A stretch of 45,685 bases of DNA from Clostridia bacterium (GTDB taxonomy: Bacteria; Bacillota; Clostridia; Christensenellales; CAG-1252): NCBI GenBank assembly GCA_017455605.1, contig JAFSZO010000096.1:1-45685 (forward strand), read 5' to 3'. A program made the translations under genes and the position numbers. How positions within the stretch are numbered: position 1 is the first letter of the stretch; each line of letters opens with the position of its first letter. Positions 25,792 through 34,324 of this stretch are shown here, one piece after another. Under the pieces are notes generated by a model. That model saw nothing but the letters and a program-made list of their open reading frames with translations, searched no databases and was not told the origin of the DNA.

Positions 25792-26118
25792 ATGCCAACG
25801 TTCAAGAGGAAAATCATCGACTGGGACAAAACGGGATACAATCTGGAGCAGCTGCGCATCACCAATCCGGCATTGAGGAAGAAGTCCTGTCGCAGCAGGA
25901 CCTTTGAGGCGGGTGAATGCGAAGGGGACTGTGATCGGTGCCGTTACGAGATGGATAACAGCATCAGCAGGGCGGAATTGGCGCAGATCTTCGGCGTTTC
26001 GGAGCACGTGATCTACAGCTGGGAGCGCGGCCGCACTCCCGTCGGGGTGGAGGACCTTCTGCTCTATTGCGACGTCGCGGAGGTGGCGTTGTCCGATATC
26101 CTCGTATTTTTGCCGTAA
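25792..26118 (+). CDS. XRE-family helix-turn-helix protein with an N-terminal Cys-rich segment
   Basis: 108 aa from MPTFKRK (AGGAGA RBS 5 nt upstream). HTH ISRAELAQIFGVSEHVIYSWERGRTPV. Preceded by CRSRTFEAGECEGDCDRC. Confidence 0.65.
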   Translation: MPTFKRKIIDWDKTGYNLEQLRITNPALRKKSCRSRTFEAGECEGDCDRCRYEMDNSISRAELAQIFGVSEHVIYSWERGRTPVGVEDLLLYCDVAEVALSDILVFLP

Positions 26119-26163
26119 GGGCGGCGGGCAGACCGAGCCTTTCGGCGTTTTGTGCGATCGATT

Positions 26164-26345
26164 TGGTGGATAGTAAGGGGTTCTCCTCTTGCTTCTCGTA
26201 AGGCAAATCGTTTTGTTGGAGTGTTGCCTTCTTCGGAGTTTCGGTCAGCCGCTAAAACCGCACAGGGACTTTTTTCTTAATGCTCTCGGTTCTCGTTCCA
26301 TTCTTGGGCGCAGAAAACAAAAAGTGTCGAACTTTTGGGTTAGTT
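26164..26345 (-). repeat. tRNA-3'-end-like core plus ~160-nt conserved arm (distal copy)
   Basis: tggtggatagtaaggggttc (26164-26183) resembles the 3' end of tRNA-Val (17/20). The adjacent tctcctcttgc ... gctaaaaccgcaca ... tttcttaatgctctcggttctcgttcc blocks align with 38654-38800. Confidence 0.6.
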
Positions 26346-26616
26346 GTTGTTTCACAACGTCCATCAGCAGTTAACAGAACTGCGCTAAGTCAAAGCAACA
26401 CCTATCATAAATACGGTAAAAATTCCGGATATTTATCCAGCCAATGCTAATGGCGCATAGTTATTAAGTTGTTTGCGTTCTAACCATCGGCACCGAATGC
26501 TGCGAATTATTATGGGGTGGCAAGGCTCGGCGATAACTGCGGCGAGAGAGCAAAGTCGCGAGCGTGCCAAGAAAGCGCCGTGGAGCAGGTTCCGTAGCGC
26601 TCCGACGAGGCGATGA

Positions 26617-29100
26617 TCATTGCCGCGACAATTCGATCTCGATCAATCTGACCTCGAGCGGTTCAAGGGATGCGTGATAAGTAAGGGTATCATTCACGAT
26701 TTCTTCTTTTGAGACGTAGAGCTTCGGAACGCTGACGCTTTTAAGATACGCGATATCTTCGTTTGAGAGCGGTTGTGCGCCCATTCTGATCCATTCGTCG
26801 AAAGCGGATCCGTAGGTTTGGTTTACAATCTGTTCGCGGATAATGCAACTGCTCGACTTTAGGTCGGTAAATTCGAGAGAAAGATCCATCAAGCCCAGTT
26901 GGTTGAATGGGGTATATCTTTCGGTAAATTGCATATCGAAACTTTCGCCTTGCGCGAAAAGATGATTGAAATGCTCGTAATTATAGGCGATGATCTGGAT
27001 CTTTCGATGAGATTTCGTGACGAAATAGCCTTTGTTTTTCGCTATCAACTTGTCGCCCAAGCGATTGACGAATCGGAAGGTGAAGTAATGGGGCTTTTTA
27101 ATGCCGCCGTAAGTATATAGTCCGAGTCCGCCGTGGAATTGATTCTTTGAGGGTAGGGTCTCCTCGATCATATCCGTTAAAACCCAATAACCGAAACTGT
27201 CAAGCGCGTCATAGTTTTCCAAAAGGTTTTTTGCAAGATAGCAAGACTTGAAACAAGTGTCGCTGAGCAGATTTCTGTGCGAAACCGTTAGATTCCATTC
27301 CGTTAAATAGATGGGCAAAGACCCTATGCCCCAATCGTCGAACATGTTTTTGATCTTCCTAATGCATTTCGAGAAGGAATCTTCGTCGCGATTGAGTCTG
27401 GAATGGAGGGGATGAGCGGGGCGATGCCCGTCAAACGAACCGTCCGCGAAGTCGTTGTCGTAATAATGTATGTTCATAAAGTCGGGAACGCAATCGTTTT
27501 CTTTGCACCAGGCAATATATCTTTTGCACCAAAGCTGATTGATGTTATAAGAGATCAGCAAAGAAGGACTGCCGAACGTCAGTCTCTTGTCAATCGATTT
27601 TACGGTGTCATAGGTCGCTTTGTAAAGGGTATAGAAATCTTCGTCGTTTTGAAATCCGAATAGATTCACCGAAGTGTCGGGCTCGTTCCAACAGCAAAAC
27701 AACCACTCTTTTACGGTGTGAAATCCGTATCGTTCGATCAAGTGATTGGTGAGGGCGGCAACGAGGTTTTTCCATTTTTGCATATTTTTCGGCATGCTTA
27801 AGACGTAGGGCGAAACGTATGCCGTTCTCTCCGGCGTAAGTGACAGCGCTTTGGGCATAAAGGAGAATTGCACCAGCGGTTTTAAGTGTATCGATTGCAA
27901 AAAATCAAACACCTTGTCTATATACATAAAACTGTATTTCGGGTTGCCGTTTTCATCTTCCGCATATACAAGCATATCGTCGGACAGAAGCCCGTGGAAC
28001 TTTATGTATTCAAACCCGATTTCGCTTTGCAATTCCGAGAGCATCTCTTGCACGTCGGCAAGCAAGAGTTCTTTCGCGCGTCCCACCGATGTGAATTTTC
28101 GGAAATTGTGCTTGAGCAAGGTCCCCGGAGCGGCAAGGCTTATTTTCTCGGAACTGACCGTTTTCGCGTCGGAAAAATCCGTTTCGCGAGGCTCGGATCT
28201 GTTCGGCTTCGGCAGATACTTCGTCAATAAGGACATTGCGCTGTTTTTGTCAAGTTCGTCGTCAAAGGACTCCGTGGATAGTTCGGGAGAGACCGCGGGA
28301 GCGTTTTTCCTGTATATGCTCGGCAACGTATCGTATTTCGCTTTAAAGGAAGTTACGAAAGCGCGCGGGTTCGGGTAGCCGTTATCAAAGGCGATCTGTT
28401 CGATGGAGCAGTCGGAGTGCAATAACTGGTTTACGGCTCGCTCCAATCGAAAGTTGTTATAATATGTCTGAAAGTTCACGCCCAGATAGCGTTTGAAAAA
28501 AGAGGACAGATAGGGCACGGAAAGATGATGCGCTGCCGCGATTTGATTGAAGGTCAGCCCCTCTTTATAATGTTGTTCTATGTAGTCCATTATCTCGTTC
28601 AGCCGTTCTATGTATTTTATCGATTGTATGGAGCGATCGGTCGCTTTGAAGTTCTTTGAAAGCTCAAAGAGTACGGCGTAGATGATCGAACGGTTAAAGA
28701 AGTTGTTTTCGCTCGCGTCCGAACTGTTGACTTTGACGAGTTCGGCGATGTAGCGTTTGATTTTGTAAAACTTGTTTTTATTCGCCGCGTTCGTCGAATC
28801 GAGGTCAAAGGCGACTCTGTCGGTCATGCCCTCTATTTTGTTGGTGTCGATCAATAGGGCGATCAAGTTGCATCCTTTTTCGCTTTTCAGTTCGTGGACG
28901 TTGTTGTCGTTAACAAGGATGATGTCGTCTTCTTTCATGTTGACGATTTTGTCGTTCACGATGATCGAGCATTCGCCTTTCAGGATCAATATGATCTCGA
29001 TGCCGTTATGCCAATGCGCTTTCAGCTCCGTTAGCCGATAACAATACAGGCGCATAGGCAGCTTTTCGTTGAACTCTATGATCTCCATACGTTGTAGCAT
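26617..29100 (-). CDS. AraC-family regulator (cupin + HTH) fused to a GH39-like glycoside hydrolase domain
   Basis: 827 aa from MLQRMEIIEF (GGGGGA RBS). N-terminal AraC HTH (FNQIAAAHHLSVPYLSSFFKRYLG ... IAFDNGYPNPRAF). C-terminal domain keeps the GH39-type WNEPD and LTEWN motifs. Confidence 0.8.
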   Translation of the reverse strand: MLQRMEIIEFNEKLPMRLYCYRLTELKAHWHNGIEIILILKGECSIIVNDKIVNMKEDDIILVNDNNVHELKSEKGCNLIALLIDTNKIEGMTDRVAFDLDSTNAANKNKFYKIKRYIAELVKVNSSDASENNFFNRSIIYAVLFELSKNFKATDRSIQSIKYIERLNEIMDYIEQHYKEGLTFNQIAAAHHLSVPYLSSFFKRYLGVNFQTYYNNFRLERAVNQLLHSDCSIEQIAFDNGYPNPRAFVTSFKAKYDTLPSIYRKNAPAVSPELSTESFDDELDKNSAMSLLTKYLPKPNRSEPRETDFSDAKTVSSEKISLAAPGTLLKHNFRKFTSVGRAKELLLADVQEMLSELQSEIGFEYIKFHGLLSDDMLVYAEDENGNPKYSFMYIDKVFDFLQSIHLKPLVQFSFMPKALSLTPERTAYVSPYVLSMPKNMQKWKNLVAALTNHLIERYGFHTVKEWLFCCWNEPDTSVNLFGFQNDEDFYTLYKATYDTVKSIDKRLTFGSPSLLISYNINQLWCKRYIAWCKENDCVPDFMNIHYYDNDFADGSFDGHRPAHPLHSRLNRDEDSFSKCIRKIKNMFDDWGIGSLPIYLTEWNLTVSHRNLLSDTCFKSCYLAKNLLENYDALDSFGYWVLTDMIEETLPSKNQFHGGLGLYTYGGIKKPHYFTFRFVNRLGDKLIAKNKGYFVTKSHRKIQIIAYNYEHFNHLFAQGESFDMQFTERYTPFNQLGLMDLSLEFTDLKSSSCIIREQIVNQTYGSAFDEWIRMGAQPLSNEDIAYLKSVSVPKLYVSKEEIVNDTLTYHASLEPLEVRLIEIELSRQ

Positions 29101-29161
29101 GCTCGAATCCCCCTTTGTCTCTATTGTACAATAAAAAACTGTATAAATCAATATCGACTGC

Positions 29162-29204
29162 AAAATCTTAATATATCACCTGCTAAAAGGCGTAAAATCT
29201 TAAT
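29162..29204. promoter_or_regulatory. Direct repeat AAAATCTTAAT x2 in the divergent araC-like/ABC promoter region
   Basis: Identical 11-mers at 29162-29172 and 29194-29204, 32 bp start to start. Confidence 0.4.
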
Positions 29205-29340
29205 TTTCGGGGATGCTCGAGCGGCTTGTGCAAAGATTTTTCCCGATAACAAAGTGCTCGAAATGGGGTAAAATAGACGGTTTTTTTGAAAGAAAAATAC
29301 CTTGTAAAATAAAATCAGGAAATCGTGAGGGGTGAAGCGT

Positions 29341-30900
29341 ATGCAATCGGAAAGACAAGTTATACTGCAGATCAAAGGTATGACAAAGACTTTCGGTCCC
29401 GTAACCGCATTAAAGGACGTGGACTTGACGCTGTATCGCGGTGACGTGCTCGGGCTGATCGGCGAAAACGGTTCCGGCAAATCCACCATAACGTCTATCG
29501 CCGCCGGGATGCAAAAAGCAACGAAAGTCGAGAGCATGCAATACAAGGGCAAGGACTGGTCGCCCTCTTCTATGCTCGACGCATTGTCCGGTTGCGGCGA
29601 GGGAAAGGGGATCGGGATGATCGTGCAAGAGAGCGGTACGATAGCGGGCATTTCCGTTGCCGAAAACATCTTTTTGGGCGAACTCGATAGGTTCCGCGTC
29701 TGGACTTTTAAAAGCGGAAAAACTTTCGGACCGATCAATAAAAAGAAGATGTTCAAAGCGGCAAAGGATGCGCTTCAAGCGATCGGTATCGACAATATCA
29801 ATCCCGCCGCCCCTATGGCGACGCTTGATTTTCAGGCAAGAAAACTCGTTGAGATCGCCAAAGTGCTGTTAAAGGATCCGGACGTGATCGTGATTGACGA
29901 AACGAGCACGGCTCTTGCGCACGACGGCAGGCAGATCCTCTATAATATTATAAATAGGTTCAGAGGAACGGAAAAAGCGGTGATCTTTATTTCGCACGAC
30001 CTTGACGAGATCATGGAAGTATGCGATACGCTTACCGTTCTTCGCGATGGGAATATCATCAGGACGTTTGATCGCGCCGAATACGATCCCGATGAGATAC
30101 GCAAGGCGATGATCGGTCGCGAATTACAGGGCGATTATTATCGTAGCGATTACGATCCCACCTATGGGGAAGAGGTCGTTTTGGCTTGCGACAATCTTGT
30201 ATACGGAGATCGGCTGAAGGGCGTCGGGTTGCAGCTGCATAAGGGGGAGATTTTAGGCATCGGCGGACTCGCTCATTGCGGAATGCATTCTCTCGGTAAA
30301 GTGCTGTTCGGCGCGTTATCTCCGCAAAGCGGCACGGTGACCGTCACGGACAGAGGCGGGAAAGCCATCGTTAAAAACGAATCGATCGCGATGAAACACG
30401 CCATGGGCTACGTCTCGAAAGACAGAGATACGGAGTCTCTTGCGTTGTCCGCGAGCATAAAAGACAATATCGCAATCGCGGGTATGGATAAATATGCCGT
30501 CGGCAAGTTCTTGATCTGGGATCCGCTGGAAAAGAAATACGTTGACGAGCAGATCGAGAGTCTTTCCATAAAGTGTTCGGACAGAAATCAAGCAGTGTCT
30601 ACCCTCTCCGGCGGCAACAAACAGAAAGTCGTCTTCGGCAAATGGGTCGGCTGCGGAAGTGAGATCCTAATATTGGATTGTCCGACGCGCGGCGTCGATA
30701 TCGGCGTGAAGCAGGCGATGTATCAATTGATGTATAAGTTGAAACAGGAAGGCAAGGCGATCCTCCTTATTTCAGAAGAAATGCCCGAGCTGATGGGGAT
30801 GTCGGATAGGATCCTCATAATGAAGGACGGGGAGATCAAAAAAGAGTTTTTGCGTAGCAAAGATTTAAGCGATGCCGACATCATCGGCTATATGATTTAA
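29341..30900 (+). CDS. Sugar ABC transporter ATP-binding protein (duplicated ABC domains, CUT2 type)
   Basis: GENGSGKST Walker A, a second ABC half with LSGGNKQK, ILILDCPTRGVD. ATG at 29341 preferred over GTG at 29332 (GAGGGG RBS). Confidence 0.88.
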   Translation: MQSERQVILQIKGMTKTFGPVTALKDVDLTLYRGDVLGLIGENGSGKSTITSIAAGMQKATKVESMQYKGKDWSPSSMLDALSGCGEGKGIGMIVQESGTIAGISVAENIFLGELDRFRVWTFKSGKTFGPINKKKMFKAAKDALQAIGIDNINPAAPMATLDFQARKLVEIAKVLLKDPDVIVIDETSTALAHDGRQILYNIINRFRGTEKAVIFISHDLDEIMEVCDTLTVLRDGNIIRTFDRAEYDPDEIRKAMIGRELQGDYYRSDYDPTYGEEVVLACDNLVYGDRLKGVGLQLHKGEILGIGGLAHCGMHSLGKVLFGALSPQSGTVTVTDRGGKAIVKNESIAMKHAMGYVSKDRDTESLALSASIKDNIAIAGMDKYAVGKFLIWDPLEKKYVDEQIESLSIKCSDRNQAVSTLSGGNKQKVVFGKWVGCGSEILILDCPTRGVDIGVKQAMYQLMYKLKQEGKAILLISEEMPELMGMSDRILIMKDGEIKKEFLRSKDLSDADIIGYMI

Positions 30901-30915
30901 GGAGGACCAAGGCAA

Positions 30916-31938
30916 ATGGTAAACGCAAATAGCCCGGTTTCCGCAAGTGCTTCGATCAACAAGTATAAAGTCAAAAGTATCGCCATAGCGATTCTGCCTT
31001 TGGCGGCGCTCGCTTTTCTCTTCGGTCTTTTCTGCATCGTCGTTACCGCAAACGACTACAATTTGGAACTCTACCTCACCAACGTTATCAACAGAGGTAC
31101 GGTATTGGTGCTCGTGGCGACCGGTGCGATCTTCATTTATACGCTGGGTTCCTTTGATATCAGTCTGGGGGCGTCTACGTTATTGTGCGCTACGGTGGGC
31201 GTTTTGACGTATAATTCAACGCAAAACGTCTTTTTGACCGTCCTCGTCATGTTCGCCATCGGCGTGGGGTGTTCGCTGCTGAGCTCGTTGCTCGCTTCCG
31301 TATTCCGCATTCCCGTCTTCGTTACCACCGTTGCGATGATGAGCGTGCTTTCGGCGATCGCGTCGCAGCTGATCATCTCGAACGGCTCCGGCAACGGGCT
31401 TTCGCTGCCGAAAACGGTATTCGGTCCCCTTGATTCCCCTTGGATAAAGATCGCCGTTATCGCCGTTTGGGTCCTGTTATGCGCCTTCTTGTTCGATTTC
31501 ACCAAAATCGGTCGGCGCGAAAAGTTTTTGGGAGCAAATCCGTTCTGCGCAAAGCTCACGGGGATCTCGATGTACAAATACGCAATCATCGCCTTCGTGA
31601 TGGCGGGCTTGGGCGTCGTATTGGGCGCGATATTCACGTTGTCTTATTCACCTACCGTCAATACGGGAACGGCGAGCAGTATCGGTATGGATATCCTCGT
31701 GGCGATCGTATTCGGCGGTATGCCCATTTCCGGCGGGCCGCGTTCGAAAATATACGCCTCGCTCATCGGCGGCTTTTCGTATGTGCTCTTGAACCTGACG
31801 CTGAACATCGTGCTCCGCATGGCGGGCGTCGACAGTCAGGGCAGCCAAGGCATTACGCAGATAATCAGCGCGATGGTCTTCCTTGCCGTCGTATATGTGG
31901 CGAGCATGAACTATAGGGCAAAGAACCTGCCCAGATAA
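30916..31938 (+). CDS. Sugar ABC transporter permease (RbsC/XylH-type)
   Basis: 340 aa, polytopic, GGAGGA RBS. Sits in a CUT2 operon context. Confidence 0.8.
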   Translation: MVNANSPVSASASINKYKVKSIAIAILPLAALAFLFGLFCIVVTANDYNLELYLTNVINRGTVLVLVATGAIFIYTLGSFDISLGASTLLCATVGVLTYNSTQNVFLTVLVMFAIGVGCSLLSSLLASVFRIPVFVTTVAMMSVLSAIASQLIISNGSGNGLSLPKTVFGPLDSPWIKIAVIAVWVLLCAFLFDFTKIGRREKFLGANPFCAKLTGISMYKYAIIAFVMAGLGVVLGAIFTLSYSPTVNTGTASSIGMDILVAIVFGGMPISGGPRSKIYASLIGGFSYVLLNLTLNIVLRMAGVDSQGSQGITQIISAMVFLAVVYVASMNYRAKNLPR

Positions 31939-31993
31939 GAAAGGTATGTTCCGCGGACAGCGGCGTATAAAAACCATTTTCAGGAGGGAAAAA

Positions 31994-33178
31994 ATGAAAA
32001 AGTTTGTGAAAGTACTCGTGATCGCAATGTGCGTTATGGCGATCACCCTCACGGCAGCGGTCTCTTTGGCTGCTTGCGGCAAAGGCAACACGACCGTAAA
32101 GATCGGCGTATTGGTCGCGGATGCCAGCGGTGCGGAGGCTTTGGCTTTCCGTAACTACTACGAGAACTACGTTGAAAAGAACTACGACGTGGATTTCGTG
32201 TATTCCGAAGAGGTCGGCAGCGATGCGACGAAAGAGATGGCGGAACTCGACAAGCTGCTCGCCGAGAATTGCAAGGCGATCATTTCGTTCGCGTCTTGCG
32301 ACAGACCCGCTCAGATCGAGAAGTGCGAATCGAGCAAGGTCTATTATGCAGTCGCCACCGGTACGCTCAAAGATGAAGAGTACGCCGAGTATAAGACGAA
32401 GGAGTACTTCGTCGGACAGGTGGGACCGAGCACGTTCACCGAGTATAACGTAGGTCTGGCGATGGGACAATATTACAAATCGCTTACGGGAGACAACGCG
32501 ATCCATTCGGTTGCTTTGTACGTCGGATTCCCCGCACCCGAGCATGTCGCGAGAACGGCGGGCATCCTGACCGGTCTCGGTATGACGTACAGCGCGTTCG
32601 GTCAGTCCCTGTCGGGAATGGACATCGTCGGCGGGATTTACGGACAGGACAACGGTACTGCGAATCTGAATAACATCCAGCCCGGTGACAGCGGGATCAC
32701 GGTTACCACCGTTCTCTCTATGGCTCCGGGAGCAGGTCTTGACGAACCGCTTCAGGCGATGCTTGCGGGAACGGCGCCCGACGCCCTTCTGGGTGTGGGT
32801 ATGGTCTCTGTGTTCATGGCGGCCCAACTCAATCAGAAGCAGATCCCCTACGCCGACGTCGACGCGTTTACCGCTGCGAACAAGACGAATTTCGAGAGCG
32901 GCTCCATGCGTTATCTTGCCGGAAAATACGGCTCGTCCGTAGGTCCCGTGTTCGCATTGATCATGAATGCGCTTAACGGCAACGTTATCCGTGATGCGGA
33001 CGGCAATGCGGTTTCGCTCGATCAGGGCTATATGGTCGCGAAGTCCGCTGAGGAATACGCTACGAACTACGCCAAAGAGTCGGGTGATTCTCCCATCTAC
33101 AACAAAGAAGTCCTCGATACCGTGATCGGGGCGGATGTGACCTATCAGCAGATTGCGGATTTGGTCGCAAGCAAATAA
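31994..33178 (+). CDS. ABC transporter substrate-binding lipoprotein
   Basis: 394 aa from MKKFVKVLVIAM. Lipobox LAAC. AGGAGGG RBS. Periplasmic-binding-protein-like composition. Confidence 0.75.
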   Translation: MKKFVKVLVIAMCVMAITLTAAVSLAACGKGNTTVKIGVLVADASGAEALAFRNYYENYVEKNYDVDFVYSEEVGSDATKEMAELDKLLAENCKAIISFASCDRPAQIEKCESSKVYYAVATGTLKDEEYAEYKTKEYFVGQVGPSTFTEYNVGLAMGQYYKSLTGDNAIHSVALYVGFPAPEHVARTAGILTGLGMTYSAFGQSLSGMDIVGGIYGQDNGTANLNNIQPGDSGITVTTVLSMAPGAGLDEPLQAMLAGTAPDALLGVGMVSVFMAAQLNQKQIPYADVDAFTAANKTNFESGSMRYLAGKYGSSVGPVFALIMNALNGNVIRDADGNAVSLDQGYMVAKSAEEYATNYAKESGDSPIYNKEVLDTVIGADVTYQQIADLVASK

Positions 33179-33244
33179 TCAAACGTTACTTTTCAGACGG
33201 TTACCGCCCGCCGCAATGCGGGCGGTAACGAAACGGGGGTCAGA

Positions 33245-34324
33245 ATGGAACAGCTTATAACGAAGCAAAGGGCGAAAGAGATCGCAAAGAAAAGCGTGGG
33301 CACGCTTGCCATTCCGTTGGTATTTGCCGTTGTCACGCTCATTGCGTGTGCAGCCGGCGGTAGGACGATGATTTCCGGGATATCGGGATTCTCCAATTTC
33401 CTTATCTATGCGGGGATCGTCACCATCACCACATTTGCGTTATCGATCAACCTCGGATCCGGGCGCTTTGATTTTTCGCTCGGCTCCATGGCGGTGCTAT
33501 CTACGCTTATCAGCATAAAGATCACGTCGTCAATGCCCGTGTCTTCCGGCACGGCGATCGTAAACCTATTGCTTTGTTTTGCGGTCGGAGCGATCCTCGG
33601 CGCCGTTTCGGGCACTTTATATGTGCTGCTGAAGATACCGCCGATCATTACGTCGCTCGGCGTGACCCTCATTTTCGAAGGCATCACCTATTCGATCGCT
33701 TCCGGCAAATATATCAACGGCGGCGAAGCGATGGCGATTTATAACTTTATGAACAACAATTGGTGGTTTGCGTTGATCGTCATCGCGGTAACGCTCGCGC
33801 TGATGATATTCGTCTTTGATCACACCAAGTTCGGACGCGATTACGCGGCGCTGAAAGAAGGACAAAAAGTCTCGGTAAACACAGGCATCAAAGAGATTCC
33901 CAATGCGATCGTTTGTTATGTGATCTGCGGCGCGATGATGGGGATCGTCGGATTTTTGAGCGTTGCGAGAAGTGGCGGATTGGACGGCAGGAGCCTGAGT
34001 TTCGGCTCGATCGGCATCATGTTCAATGCCTTCCTTCCGATGTTTATCGGCGGATTTATCGGCAGGTTCTCCAATGATAAACTCGGCTATTTGCTTGCCG
34101 GCCTATGTATGTCGATGCTGAATTCGACCTTTGCGGCGTATATCAACGAAGTGTCTGCGTCCACCCAGTCGATCATCAATGCCGTGTTGCTCGTCGTCTT
34201 CTTGATCTATCTCAGCAACGAACAGACCTGCAAAGACTTGGTGACGGGTAAGTTGTTCAAGAAATGGCACGACGCGATCAAGATGAGATCGGCGCAAAGA
34301 AAGACTCGCGAAGAGGCTGAATAA
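33245..34324 (+). CDS. Sugar ABC transporter permease (second subunit)
   Basis: 359 aa, polytopic. The stop overlaps the next start (TAATG). Confidence 0.8.
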   Translation: MEQLITKQRAKEIAKKSVGTLAIPLVFAVVTLIACAAGGRTMISGISGFSNFLIYAGIVTITTFALSINLGSGRFDFSLGSMAVLSTLISIKITSSMPVSSGTAIVNLLLCFAVGAILGAVSGTLYVLLKIPPIITSLGVTLIFEGITYSIASGKYINGGEAMAIYNFMNNNWWFALIVIAVTLALMIFVFDHTKFGRDYAALKEGQKVSVNTGIKEIPNAIVCYVICGAMMGIVGFLSVARSGGLDGRSLSFGSIGIMFNAFLPMFIGGFIGRFSNDKLGYLLAGLCMSMLNSTFAAYINEVSASTQSIINAVLLVVFLIYLSNEQTCKDLVTGKLFKKWHDAIKMRSAQRKTREEAE

